Positions 1-13,631 of a stretch of 64,000 nt of DNA are shown here, in pieces. The number at the start of each line of letters is the position of its first letter. Positions within the stretch are counted from its first letter, which is position 1. Origin of the DNA: Eledone cirrhosa (Eukaryota); NCBI GenBank assembly GCA_964016885.1, contig OZ024750.1, positions 29,636,001 to 29,700,000 of the forward strand. The letters run 5' to 3'. The notes beneath the pieces are model-generated. The model saw only the letters and a program-made list of their open reading frames with translations, ran no database searches and was not told the DNA's origin. The position numbers and the translations under genes were made by a program.

Positions 1-115
1 CAGTGCCTTAACTGGTACTTTATTTTATCGGCGGGATTTGAACTCAGGACGTAAAGAATCGTAACTATATACCGCAAAGCATGTTATCCGACGCTCCACC
101 GATTACTGTCAATCC
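1..115 (-). mobile_element. tRNA-derived SINE, family A (internally deleted copy)
   Basis: Reverse complement of B-box GAGTTCAAATCCCGCC followed by the family motif GATAAAATAAAGTACCAG seen in many copies in the window. Confidence 0.75.
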
Positions 116-1591
116 ACAGCGATTTTATAAATAACGACTGTACTATTTAAAGAAAATATTACATCTTCCACTATATAATAGACTTGTTGTTATTTACGTT
201 TTTGTAAATATCCTTGGTGTTGTTTAGCTGCTGGTCAATTCAAAGTATTTCAGGGGTATAGAGGACTACCTTATCCAATGTGCCTGCCTTCCTTTTTTAG
301 GGAGATTTCACATCTATTTTTAACTGGCCGAACGACCATGTAACGAGGTTCCCTTTCTTGTAAATATTTTTAAAATTCTTTTCTACTAACGATAAAATAA
401 AAGCCGGTCAAATATTGATATCGATCTAATCTACAATCCCTCCCTCCTTCCCAGAATGTTGTGGACTTGTGCCTAATGGTAAAAAAATCATTATTTGTAT
501 TGTTATTTAGATTATAAGTGGATTCCCATCGTGATCGGTCTAACTTTTTATCTCATTGGGGTCGATAAAATAAGTAGAAAAATCATTCTGGGGCCGTCGT
601 TGCTTAAAATAAGTACCAGCCATACACTTGGGTTGATTTACTAAACTATGTCTCCCTTACACATCTGTGACCTTGTGCTAATGTAAAACTATTTATTCAT
701 AAGGCATGTTGACACTGCAACGAAAAAGCTGTCCCTGTTGAAGCTATTTCACTATATTAGTTATTTAAATATGTTTTAGAAAGGCATGAGATCACAACAT
801 CTCCTTTCACCCACTTTAAAATATGTATGTATATATATCCACACACACATACACATACATAAACACACACATACACATACATAAACACACACACACACAT
901 GTATATGACCAAATGATAAACAGACGAAACTCCAGAGTGACAGGACTCACTTTTTAGCCCTAATAATAATGAATATATATATATATTCTACCCAGTTAAA
1001 ATAAATTATTTTCCAGAGGCTCTTTTCTTCCCTTTGAAGGGGACAGGGTTGTTCTTCAACCTTGATTAAACAGGCTTGTGGTCAAAGGTAGTATCCAGCC
1101 GTGACCATCTCGTCTTTTTAGAGTTATCTAAGACAACATCGATTGGGTTCAGGGAACAATCAGCCTGTCATGTTGTTAATTAGTCCCAAATCAACGTTGA
1201 TGGGCAAACTAAAGGTATTTTTAACTATGACCACCCCATCTCGTGTTTTAAGGGTTTCTTTTTAGGACTACTACACAATTAATGTGTCCTTCCTTGAAGG
1301 AGGGTGTGATTGGAACTCAGCCTTATTTCTAGCCATTACAGCAACCACGTAAAGGCACTCACGTTGATTGGGGAGGTTGTTTACTTTTAAAACTGTTGTG
1401 AATCTTAAGATTTGCAAACTCTAGTTCGGCGTCTCACTGTTCCCAGATCAAATATCTTTGTAGCCAATTGTTCCGGCTTTTGATAAAATAATAACTGTTA
1501 ATAAAATAAGTAACAGTGGTACACTAAGCTCAATAAATTTTCTATGATCTCCGGTACAAACAGACTTGATAAACTAATGAAAAGAAATACT

Positions 1592-1862
1592 CAGTCCTTG
1601 ACTTACCTATAAACTAAATAAGCTATAGCCTTAGGGTCACACACCCTCGAGGGTCTAGTTTTTATTCTTTAAACACTAAATTATCAAAAATGATACATAC
1701 ACACCACACACAAACACACACACAACACACACACACTCACATTAATATAAAAAAAATAATAATCATGTATATTTATATTTAAAAAAATTACACGAATGTT
1801 TTTAGAGAAGGGCCTCTAATGTCATATAGCTTAGGGTCTCAGCAGGTGAAAGGCCGGCCCTG
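1592..1862. mobile_element. hAT-like MITE (same family as 21845-22284)
   Basis: Shares ACTTACCTATAA(A/G)CTAAATAAGCTATAGC..TAGGG subterminal motif and the GGCCGGCCCTG right end. Confidence 0.6.
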
Positions 1863-2399
1863 GAAATACACCTTTGAAGCATTAAAACTTCGATATGTTG
1901 ATAGGTATTTTAAAGTAACAACTAGAACTCGATTTTTAATACGTACGGGAAAGCTATAAACACCGCAACACCTTATCTCATTATCACACGTAAACAAAAT
2001 TTAAAAAAACTCATTAAAATTAACGAGGGTGGAGGACTTGGTGCCGCATGTTGACAGCCGGTGTCTGAACTTATGGCCTGAGTTCTCCTGAGTTCGAGAC
2101 AAACAACAGGTTTGACTGTGATTTTTATCGTTCAGGAGGAGATATGAAATTTGATACCAATAAATAAATTGGGGTTAGGGTCTAATTAATTTTACATAAT
2201 TAATTAGCTATTATTTATAAAAACGGTAAAGGAGGGCGAAGGGGGGAAAGACGATCATTATGCTGTTTGACGCTTTAGAGTTTGTAATTTTGAAACGCGA
2301 GGTACGTTAAAACAACTGTGGCCTTTACACACACATATGACCAAATGATAAACAGGCGAAACTCCAGAGTGACAAGACTCACTTTTTAGCCCTAATAAT

Positions 2400-2495
2400 A
2401 ATTGTTTCTACTTTTGGCACAAGGCCAGCAATTATTCCAGTGTATTACTGGTACTTTATTTTATCGACCCAGTAAGGATGAAAGGCAAAGTTAAT
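2400..2495 (-). mobile_element. SINE family A, 3' fragment
   Basis: TTTCTACTTTTGGCACAAGGCCAGCAATT..TACTGGTACTTTATTTTATCGACC..GGATGAAAGGCAAAG. Confidence 0.8.
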
Positions 2496-2499
2496 GAAT

Positions 2500-2551
<52 letters not shown>

Positions 2552-2989
2552 TATGCATAAGGCTTCATATTCAAAACACGGGAGAGAGAGAGATTGATTG
2601 ATTGATTGATTACGGGGGGGGGGGTGGGATACTAGATTCTGTGACATTCATACCTTTCCCGGATATAATTAGTCACGATAGTTTATCAATAAAATATTAA
2701 GATGATACAGTAAACATTGCAAAAAATATCTACAAAAAGCAGAAAAATAAACAGGCAAAAAAATACCTTCCCTTTCTCTCCCTCGTCAATAAAAACAAAT
2801 CATTAAATTCAAATATAATTTTTAGCTAACCTGATTTGTACTTCATGGTAAAATCACTGAAATATTCGATCTGGGAGGTAAATATCGATCAAATGACGAT
2901 ATATAAAACCCAGTTATTTTCTTGAATATTTTGGTTGAAAATAAAACCTTCCCTGTATTTACCTCGTGTGCATTAGGGAACTGACTAAA

Positions 2990-3340
2990 ATCTCTCTCTT
3001 TCTCTCTCTCTCTCTCTTAAACTATGGTCCCCCCCTCTTTCACACTCTCTCTCTCTTAATATATGCTGAGCCCCTCTTTCACACTCTCTCTCTCAATATA
3101 TGTTCACCCCCTCTTTTACTCTCTCTCTCAATATATGTTCACCCCCTCTTTTACTCTTTGTGTCTCTCTCTCTCTCTCTCTCTCTCTTTCTCAATCTATG
3201 CCCACCCGGTCTTTCACTCTCTCTCTCTTACTTTATTCTTACCCCCTCTTTCTCTCTTTGTCTGCCTGTTTCTCACTCACTCTATGCTCTCCCCCTCTTT
3301 CACTCTCTCTAATTCTATTATCACCCTACCTTCACTGTGT

Positions 3341-3385
<45 letters not shown>

Positions 3386-3829
3386 TCTATACCCACCTCA
3401 TCTTTCACTCTTTTTCTCTCTTTTATTCTGTACTCATTCTCTTTTCATTCCTTGTCTCTCACTTATTTTATTCTTACCTCTCTCTCTGTCTCTCCCCTTG
3501 CCTTCTCTACTCTCTCTCTCTGTTGCTTTCTCTCTTTCTCTTTTTGCCCCCTCACTCACTCCACTACTGTCAGCCAGTACGACATATTCTACCAGTTACA
3601 CTATATATACATATATTTATGTATACACACTTATATATATATATATTTATGTATACACACTTATATATATATATATATATATTTATGTATACACACTTAT
3701 ATATATATATATATATCTATATATATGTATACACACTTATATATATATATTTATATATATACACACACACACTTATATATATATATATATGTATACACAC
3801 TTATATATATATATATATATGTATACACA

Positions 3830-3868
<39 letters not shown>

Positions 3869-3923
3869 TTATATATAATATATATATACACACACTTATA
3901 TATATATATATATATACACACAC

Positions 3924-3957
<34 letters not shown>

Positions 3958-4144
3958 CCTTCCTCCCACCATCACTGCCTGCTGTATAAAACCTTCTCAA
4001 CAGACCTTCACAAATTGTTGGTGTGAGCAGTGGAGAAGGGGAGGGGACGATGGTTGGGCGAGGGGGAGCAGGGATTAGACGGGCAGGGGGAGGGGAGAGT
4101 CGCTAGATGTTTGGTTACGTTGAGAGAACAAAATCGTGTTGCTG

Positions 4145-4217
<73 letters not shown>

Positions 4218-5110
4218 CACCATTACGTTTACAAACTACTATAACGTCCACACACATTACAACTACTACTACTACTGGTACTACTAACGTTACCACCACT
4301 ACTAAAAACACTACTACTACCATTACCATCACCACTACTACTACTGCTACTGCTACTACAATCACCATCACTACTACCACTATCAGCATCATCATCACCA
4401 CCACCACAACTACTACTACTACTACTCTAGCAACTACCACCACTACTACTACCACCACCCAAATTAGTACCCCACCACCACTACTACTACTACCGCCACT
4501 ACCACTACAAGCACCACCGCTACTACCCCACTTACTACCACCACTACCACTACAACTACCATCGCCACTACCCTACTTACTACTACCACTACCACCACCA
4601 CTCCCCACATGCTACCACCACTACCACTACCATCACTGTAACCACTACCACCACCATCACCAATACCACTACTACCGCACTGACTACATCCACCGCCACT
4701 ACCACCGCCGCTACCACCACTACAATCACCACCACCACTACTACTGCCGCACTGACTACATCCATCTCCACCACTGCCACTACAATTACCACCACTACTG
4801 CCACTACCGCCACCACCACCACCACTACCACCACCATTACTAGCACCACCACCACTAGCACCACCACCACTAGCACCACCACCACCACCACTACCACCAC
4901 CACTATCACCACCACCACTATCACCACCACCACTATCACCACCACCACCACCACCACTACCACAACCACCACCACCACCACTACCACAACCACCACCACC
5001 ACCACCACTACCACCACCACCACCACCACCACCACTACCACCACCACCACCACCACCACCACCACCACCACCACTACCACCACCACCACCACCACACTGA
5101 CTACTTCCAC
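2990..5110. repeat. Low-complexity block: CT-rich, (TA/CA)n, then ACT/ACC triplet repeats
   Basis: Direct reading; accounts for ORFs 2966-5150. Confidence 0.95.
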
Positions 5111-5534
5111 CGCCACCTATCAACTTCATTAGTCTACAGTTTCCAAACATTACGATTCTCTCCTTAGATTTTAATAAACAGACATCTAAAGGGAGTGTTT
5201 GTATACTAATTGCATAGATAACCTTAGTTAATCGAAGCTTATCAATTCACGTATGTGAAACCTTACTCTACCGTATTTATACTATCGTGGCCTGCTAGAA
5301 ATAGCAGTCAAATCAGCCTACTGTTTTTTTTAAATTAACACAAGAAGTTGTAAATACGGTATTTCTATATACAGTGTTTAAAATATCATTTAAATCTATC
5401 ATCACAACTACTAACGAGGCAGCCTCTCCGTATTAGCTTGATCTAGATATAAGAGCTAATTCTCCCTCATCATACTCTGCTGGGTCAGTCATCACTTGTG
5501 GTTAAGCAACATCTATTATTTATTATCACAGGGC

Positions 5535-5745
5535 CTTGGATTAGCAGTAATCGGTAGAGCATCAGACATGCATTGCGGCATAATTACGGTCCTTTTTGTT
5601 CTGAGTTCAAATCCCACCGAGGTTAGCTTTGCCTTTCATCCTTACGGGGTCGATAGAATAAAGTACCCGTAACGAACTGGGATCGATTTAACCGACTTTT
5701 CCCTTCCCTACAAATTGCTGGCCTTGTGCCAGAAGTAGAAACAAC
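5535..5745 (+). mobile_element. SINE family A, near full length
   Basis: A-box-like AGCAGTAATCGGTAGAGC, B-box GAGTTCAAATCCC, central CCTTTCATCCTTACGGGGTCGATA..AAAGTACC, tail TTGCTGGCCTTGTGCC..TAGAAAC. Confidence 0.85.
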
Positions 5746-5809
5746 TACCAACGGGGGAGCCTCTGTGTATTCGCTTGATCTAGTAATAACAGCTAAAATC
5801 TCCCTGGAG

Positions 5810-6030
5810 ACTTCCGGCGTTCTAAGCCTACCCTCCTCCTAGCCCTGGACCATATCCCTACTCATTGCTATCGGAGACAGAGTTGACTACCCGCAAGTGC
5901 GAGACCCACGCGGTGGAGTGACTGTACCCGCGCGCGTCTCCCTCGCCATCCTTCCGAGGGGGGGGGGGTGTTCTCGATCCTGTCCGCCGGGGACCACGAG
6001 GCGGGGACTGACCCTTAAACTATGAGTGGT
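5810..6030 (-). mobile_element. GC-rich dispersed element, homologous to 58165-58420 (unclassified)
   Basis: Shared blocks GGACCA.ATCCCTA..TGCTATCGG..GAGTTG.CTACC, CTCCCTCGCCATCC and CACGAGGCGG. Confidence 0.55.
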
Positions 6031-6339
6031 TAATACAGATCTAACAGTAGTCACACTCTACAACCATTAAAAATAAAAATAGCCTTGTTTAGCCCCAGGC
6101 CAGTCATAATCCACTAAAACTACGATCGAAGGCATTCTAGCCATGGACATCCCATATTTTTTCTGTGTGTTAGAAACCCAAGAGCATGTTATCCAATAGA
6201 TCCTATTTTAAGACGGTAAGGTGTGATTAGAGGAGGATTGGGCTGGTATTTCTAGCATATCGTGTCGTGCAATCACGTTGGATTGTATAGTAAATAAAAC
6301 TTTGGCGCATGTGCGCGTTAGTATATATAGAGAGAGAGG

Positions 6340-9300
6340 GAGAATCGACTCACGCACATACACACAAACACTTTCAGACACGCACACACACAAACACAGA
6401 CACACACACGCAGACAACCATACGCACTTAGACATGCACACACAGAGGCACAAACATTCAAACTAATACACAGCCCCACACACAGACATGTACACACCCA
6501 CACAAACAGGCGCACACACACACACACACTCTGACATACACAAACACACACACACACTGACACTTACACAGACACAGACCCCCCTCACACACACATATGT
6601 ACAGTGTTCCACACCCCGTGTGTGTGTGGAGGGCTCTGTGTTGTGTATGTCTCAGAGTGTGTGGGTCTGTATGTGTATGTCAGTGTGTGAGTGTCTGGAA
6701 TGGTCCGAGCTGACACACATACACACACACACACATATTTATACATATATACAGTGTTCCACACTCCCAGTGTGTGTGTGTGTGTGTTATGTGAGGTATA
6801 TGTGAATGTGTGTGGTATGTGAGTGATATGTGTGTGATGTGAGTGTGTGTGGTATGTGTGTATATGTGAGTGATGTATATGTGTGTATATGTGAGTGATG
6901 TATATGTGTGCATGTGAGTGTGATTTGTGTGTGTGTGTGTGTGATATGTGTGTGTGTGTGTGTGGGTGTGATATGTGTGTGTATGTGAATGATATGTGTG
7001 TGTGTGATGTGTGAGTGTGATATGTGTGTGTGTGTGTATGTGGGTGTGATGTGTGTGTGTGTGTGTGAGTGTGATATGTGTGTGTGTGTGTGAGTGTGAT
7101 ATGTGTGTGTGTATGTGGGTGTGATATGTGTGTGTGTATGTGTGTGTGATGTGTGTGTGAGTGTGATATGTGTGTGTGTGTGTGTGTGTGTATGTGGGTG
7201 TGATGTGTGTGTGTGTGAGTGTGATATGTGTGTGTATGTGGGTGTGGGTGTGATGCGTGTGTGTGTGAGTGTGTATGTGGGTGTGATGTGTGTGTGTGAG
7301 TGTGATGTGTGTGTGTGTGTGTGTGTATGTGTGTGTGATGTGTGTGAGTGTGATATGTGTGTGTGTATGTGTGTGTGATGTGTGTGAGTGTGTGTGAGTG
7401 TGATATGTGTGTGTTATGTGTCAGCTCGGAGTTAGGGAGTTTTTGTTAAAAGATAAACCAAAGCTTCGTCTCCACTCTGATGGAACTAATACTGTCTGAT
7501 ATTGTTGATAACACAACTGTTGGTAGATGGTGGTAGTAGTTGTAGTGGTGGTGGTAGTAGTGGTGGTGGTGGTGGTAGTGGTGGTGTTGTAGTAGTGGTG
7601 GTGGCTGTGGTGGTAGTGGTGGTGGTAGTAGTTGTAGTGGTGGTGGTAGTAGTGGTGGTGGTACTGTGGTGGTGTTGTAGTAGTGGTGGTGGTGGTAGTG
7701 GTGGTGTTGTAGTAGTGGTGGTGGCTGTGGTGGTAGTGGTGGTGGTAGTAGTTGTAGTGGTGGTGGTAGTAGTGGTGGTGGTACTGTGGTGGTGTTGTAG
7801 TAGTGGTGGTGGTGGTAGTGGTGGTGTTGTAGTAGTGGTGGTGGCTGTGGTGGTAGTGGTGGTGGTAGTAGTTGTAGTGGTGGTGGTACTGTGGTGGTGT
7901 TGTAGTAGTGGTGGTGGTGGTAGTGGTGGTGTTGTAGTAGTGGTGGTGGCTGTGGTGGTAGTGGTGGTGGTAGTAGTTGTAGTGGTGGTGGTAGTAGTGG
8001 TGGTGGTACTGTGGTGGTGTTGTAGTAGTGGTAGTGGTGGTGTTGTAGTAGTGGTGGTGGCTGTGGTGGTAGTGGTGGTGGTAGTAGTTGTAGTGGTGGT
8101 GGTACTGTGGTGGTGTTGTAGTAGTGGTGGTGGTGGTAGTGGTGGTGTTGTAGTAGTGGTGGTGGCTGTGGTGGTAGTGGTGGTGGTAGTAGTTGTAGTG
8201 GTGGTGGTAGTAGTTGTAGTGGTGGTGTTGTAGTAGTGGTGGTGGTGGCTGTGGTGGTAGTGGTGGTGGTGGTGGTAGTGGTGGTGGTAGTAGTTGTAGT
8301 GGTGGTGGTAGTGGTGGTGGTAGTAGTTGTAGTGGTGGTGTTGTAGTAATGGTGGTGGTGGCTGTGGTGGTGGTAGTAGTTGTAGTGGTGGTGTTGTAGT
8401 AGCGGTGGTGGTGGTAGTGGTGGTGGCTGTGGTGGTAGTGGTGGTGGTAGTAGTTGTAGTGGTGGTTGTGGTGGTGGTAGTAGTTGTAGTAGTTGTAGTG
8501 GTAGTGGCTGTGGTGGTAGTGGTGGTGGTAGTAGTTGTAGTGGTGGTGTTGTAGTAGCGGTGGTGGTAGTGGTGGTGGTAGTAGTTGTAGTGGTGGTGTT
8601 GTAGTGGTGGTAGTAGTTGTGGTGGTAGTAGTTGTAGTAGCGGTGGTGGTAGTGGTGGTGGTGGTGGTAGTAGTTGTGGTGGTGGTGGTGGGGGGTAGTT
8701 GTTGTAGTAGCGGTGGGGGTTGTGGTGGTGGTAGTAGCGGGGGGGGGTTAGTTGTTGTAGTGGTGGGGGTTGTGGTGGTGGTAGTAGCGGTGGTGGTAGT
8801 TGTTGTAGTGATGGTGTTGTAGTAGCGGTGGGGGTTGTGGTGGTAGTAGTGGCGGTGAGGGTTGTGGTGGTAGTAGTGGCGGTGGTAGTAGTTGTGGGGG
8901 TAGTTGTAGTAGTGGGGTGGGGGGTGGGGTTAGTTGTTGTAGTGGTGGGGGTTGTGGTGGTGGTAGTTGTTGTAGTGGTGGTGTTGTAGTAGCGGTGGGG
9001 GTTGTGGTGGTAGTAGTGGCGGTGAGGGTTGTGGTGGTAGTAGTGGCGTTGGGGGTTGTGGTGGTAGTAGTGGTGGTGGTAGTAGTTGTGGGGGTAGTTG
9101 TAGTAGTGGGGTGGGTGGGGGGTGTAGTTGTTGTAGTAGCGGTGGGGGTTGTGGTAGTAGTGGTGGGGGTTGTGGTAGCAGTGGTGGTGGTGGTGGTTGT
9201 AGTGTTGAATGTGGCGGTGATAGTAGTGGTAGTGTTGTGGTGATTGTGGTGGTGGTGGTGTTGTAGTAGGGGTGGTGGTGGTTGTTGTAGTAGTGGTGGT

Positions 9301-9490
9301 GGTAGTGGTTGGGGTTGTGGTAGTGATGATGGTTCTAGTGTTGATGGTGGCGGTGGTGGTGGAAGTAGTGGTGGCGGTAGTGGTAGTAGTAGTGTTGGTA
9401 GCAGTGATGGTAGTAGTGGTGGTGATGGTGGTAGTAGTAGTGATGGTGGTAGTAGTAATGATGGTAGTGGTAGTAGTGGTAGTAGTAGTT

Positions 9491-9525
<35 letters not shown>

Positions 9526-9690
9526 TATATGGTGGAAACATAGCTGCTGTTTAACTCATTCGTTAAACAGTTAAGATAAGACCGAAATTGAAGTGATAAG
9601 TCATATTAATACACCATGCTGGTAACTAACATGTGTACACACATTAAAATAGTACTGTGTGTGTTTGTGCGTGTGTGTGTGTATGTATAA

Positions 9691-9724
<34 letters not shown>

Positions 9725-9767
9725 ATGTATATATATGTGTGTATGCATATATATGTATGTATGTATG

Positions 9768-9799
<32 letters not shown>

Positions 9800-10035
9800 T
9801 GTATGTATGTATGTATGTATGTATGTATATGTGTATATGTATTTATGTATGTATACATATATATACACATATATATTTATATATATATATGTATATATAT
9901 ATATATGTATGTGTATATATATATGTATATATGTATATATGTGTATATGTATATATGTATGTATACATATATATACACACATATATATATCTATATATAT
10001 ATACATATATATATGTGTATATATATATATGTATA

Positions 10036-10093
<58 letters not shown>

Positions 10094-10450
10094 AATGTAT
10101 ATATATATATATTGTATATATATATGTATGTATGTATATATATGTATATATATAAATGTATATATATAAATGTATATATATATATATTGTATATATATAT
10201 GTATGTATGTATATATATGTATATATATAAATGTATATATATATATATATATGTATATATATAAATGTATATATATATATATATTGTATATATATATGTA
10301 TGTATGTATATATATATGTATATATATATGTATATATATGTATGTATATATATATGTATATATATATGTATATATATGTATGTATATATATATGTATATA
10401 TATATGTATATATATAAATGTATATATATATATATATGTATATATGATAA
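6340..10450. repeat. Low-complexity block: (CA)n/(GT)n, GGT/AGT triplet array with about 120-bp higher-order period at 7530-8270, (TA)n/(TATG)n
   Basis: Direct reading; lines 7561, 7681 and 7801 are near-identical. Confidence 0.95.
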
Positions 10451-10696
10451 TTAATAATGATGGCTGCGCGTTGCAAATGGTGGTGCATATGAAAAAGTAA
10501 GTCCTTCATCAGTGACCCTCCAACCGTCCCAGGCATTTCATCGCTTTAAGGGTCATATGCCTCAGGTTGGTGCGAACAACGGCTAAAAAAAGTCGTTGGG
10601 ACACGTAAATAAAGGGGACGTTATGTATATATGTATATATATGTATATATATATATATATATATACATACATATATATCATACATATATATATATG

Positions 10697-10738
<42 letters not shown>

Positions 10739-10778
10739 TATATATATATATATATGTATGTATATATATATATATGTA

Positions 10779-10827
<49 letters not shown>

Positions 10828-10831
10828 TATA

Positions 10832-10982
10832 ACCAAAGATTAATATGGTTCATTGATTACTCAATGAATATAGTTTTACAATAGATTAAAAGCACCCTAC
10901 AGAAAGTTTTCTGGAGTTATTATTATTCAGAATAATAATAAATGAAGACATTCACATAATCAAAATATATGTTTTATTATAT
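10832..10982 (-). mobile_element. 3' part of the HHR element family seen at 62753-63008, lacking the ribozyme core
   Basis: Reverse complement matches 46825-46885 and 62863-63008; homology ends at the ATATAATAAAA cleavage-site region. Confidence 0.7.
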
Positions 10983-11148
10983 GTGCATGTGTTTTTATTG
11001 GCAACATGACCCTTCCAAAGTATAACAATATCTGTTTCAACGCATGCATCCCTATAGTTAGTTTAGTTGGCAATCAATGTTTATCATTGATTGACCAACA
11101 GTTAAAAATATAGATATAAATAAATATATATATATATATATATATATA

Positions 11149-11253
11149 GGCTCTCAGAGTTCTTTCGTCAAACACCTGTGACATCATCAGTGATAATAAT
11201 ATATAGTATCATTGATGATGTCACAGCTGTGTGACGAAAGAACTCTGAAAGCC
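11149..11253. ncRNA. Palindromic element in (TA)n carrying a divergent pair of type I hammerhead ribozymes
   Basis: Minus: UCA CUGAUGA U GUCA..UGAC GAAA GAAC UC/UGA (core 11190-11184, GAAA 11166-11163). Plus: UCA UUGAUGA U GUCACA GCUG UGUGAC GAAA GAAC UC/UGA (C3U variant). Confidence 0.75.
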
Positions 11254-11634
11254 TATATATATATATATATATATTCATATCTATATTTTTTCTAGAGAAC
11301 TGAAGTTCCCCTGTGTGTGTGTATATATATATATGTGTGTGTGTGTTACCACTATACTTAAGTATATATACAATATTTTGTGTATTCTCTACGATATATG
11401 GTTCTTTCTCTTTGTATATATATAACATTTGATATATATATATAGGCTGAAAAAGACGGGATGTTGACTGTAGGAAATGTTTAATCAAGACTCACTTAGG
11501 GCTAAATATTATATATATAGTCAATAGCTGAGATTTGTTGACAGCGTTATAAACGGTTATGTAGTTAGTTATAAACGACAAACCGAAAGTGAAAATTTGC
11601 AACAAATCTGAGGTCAAAAAGCAAACCTCACTTC

Positions 11635-11708
<74 letters not shown>

Positions 11709-12559
11709 ACCCTTTCTTTCTCTCTCTCTCTCTCACCCTTTCTTTCTCTCTCTCTCTCCCTTTCTTTCTCTCTCTCTCTCACCCTTTCTTTCTCTCTCTC
11801 TCGCTCTCTCTCTCTCTCTCACTCTTTCTTTCTCTCTTTCTCTCTCTTTCCTCTCTCTTTCTCACATACACAAGCACAGACACTCTGCCTTTTCCGCCCC
11901 CTCCCTCTCTCTCTAGAGACAGAGAGAGTGGTGTGGGGGGCGATGAAACATCTTAGATGTAGGTAGGTACCACGTGTGTTGCTATAATTACACATTCTGC
12001 TTCTCTCGCTCTCTCTCTTTCACACACACACACACATACGCACACTCACACACACACTATCTGCCTCTTCCGTCTCTATCTCTATCGAGAGAGAGAGAGA
12101 GAGAGAGAGAGATGTTGGGGTGAGGTGTCATCTTAGTTGTAGGTAAAGTACCACCTGTGTTGCTATAATTACACTGATGTAAGAAGCGGAAGTAGTGGAA
12201 AATTGACGAATCGTTTCATTGGTTTGTTTTGCAGAGCTGGGTCTAATTTATCTTGTCGGTTAGATTGTCTTAGGGAAGAATCGCTGGACAGATTTCACAA
12301 GCAAAACCAACCGGCAGGGGACCCAGGTGCAGACCCCGGGCATGAGTTCACCCGGTCTATATCTCTTTCTCACTTCCTTTCTGTTTGACACACACACACA
12401 CACACTCTCTCTCTCTCTAGAAGAAATCTGCAGTATTCAGACCTGGAGAGGAGATGGGCGCTGCTGGGTTTAAACAAGCCCAAGAAACGCCGTATGTCAA
12501 TATGGCGGTCCTACCACTTCCTCGGGAGTTATGGGACCATCGATCCATCTAAGAAGAAT

Positions 12560-12905
12560 GTTGTATAGAATGTTTTGCGGTATTAGTTTTGGCCCTCTGC
12601 TCTCTTGAGTTCAAATTCTGCCGTGGTCAACTTTGTCTTTCATCTATCCAGCGTTGATAAAAAAATAAATAAAAAAAAGTACCAGTCTAGTAACTGTGAT
12701 CGATTCTTCCTCTACAGTATCTCTTTCTCACTTCCATTCTTTCACTCTCTCTCTCTTCTTCTCTGGAAGAAATCTGCTGTATTCACCTGTAATCACCTGG
12801 AGAGGAGATGCGCTCTGCCAGGTTTTAAAATATCCCAGAAACGCCGTATGCTAATACGGCGTCCCAACGACTCCCCCGGGTGTTACGGGACCATGCATGC
12901 ATATA
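12560..12905 (+). mobile_element. Composite SINE: family A head plus a hairpin-rich 3' module
   Basis: B-box at about 12606, then AAATCTGCTGTATTCA..CCTGGAGAGGAGATG..CCAGG and CGCCGTATG..ATACGGCG. Module repeated at 12420-12550, 17370-17475, 24390-24500, 41250-41370. Confidence 0.7.
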
Positions 12906-13600
12906 AATAAACCCTGAAGAAGGAAAAAAATGTTGTACATCTCCGCCCGTGGGACTCGAACTCACACTTGCAATATTTTTTTTATATGAATAAATTCTCT
13001 CTTTAAAACAAACTTGCGTTTCATTTAATGTTTTATTAAAATTAGGCGGGCGGGTTGTCCGCGAATTTTGGAAAGTCGTATGAAGGGCCATGGTTTGTCC
13101 TGGTCGCTCGATCTGCTAGAGATAACAGTAAAATCCCGCTTAACTCATCATACCATATCGTCTTGAAAAAAAAAAGGGGGGGGGGGTACATTGGACACTT
13201 TAACCCTTAAGGTATATAAATGAATGGGAATCGTTGTAACGTCTTTGAAAATAAGATCTTCTCGATCAAGACAGTCTTGAAGCTAAGCAACAACAACAAC
13301 AACAACAGCAACAAGTAAACCTGGTCATATGAAAGCTTGTCTTTTCGACCAGGACTGTCCTGAAGCTAAACAGCAACAACAACAACAGCAACAACAAGTA
13401 AAGCTGGTCATAAGAAAGCTTGTCTCTCAGTCATAATTTCTTTGAGAAGCATGTGTAGTGAGTTATATAAATTCCTTCACGCCGGTAACCCTCACCTTTC
13501 GGAATTCCCTCTCTCCAGCGAGGCAGACACGATACTGTTTTGTCACTCTCATTTAGCCCAGATCTTTTTTATCCCCGTTCTTCTTCTTCTTCTTCTTCTT

Positions 13601-13631
<31 letters not shown>

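Noticed and set aside
903-970. About 70-bp segment duplicated at 2335-2402; similar short duplication at 11949/12128
   Set aside because: Ordinary local duplications with no further structure
10495-10520. CUGAUGAAGGAC on the minus strand
   Set aside because: No matching stem II arm or GAAA downstream
2966-10843. Many ORFs rich in YI, VV, TT, GG or SL
   Set aside because: Microsatellite read-through with no domain signal
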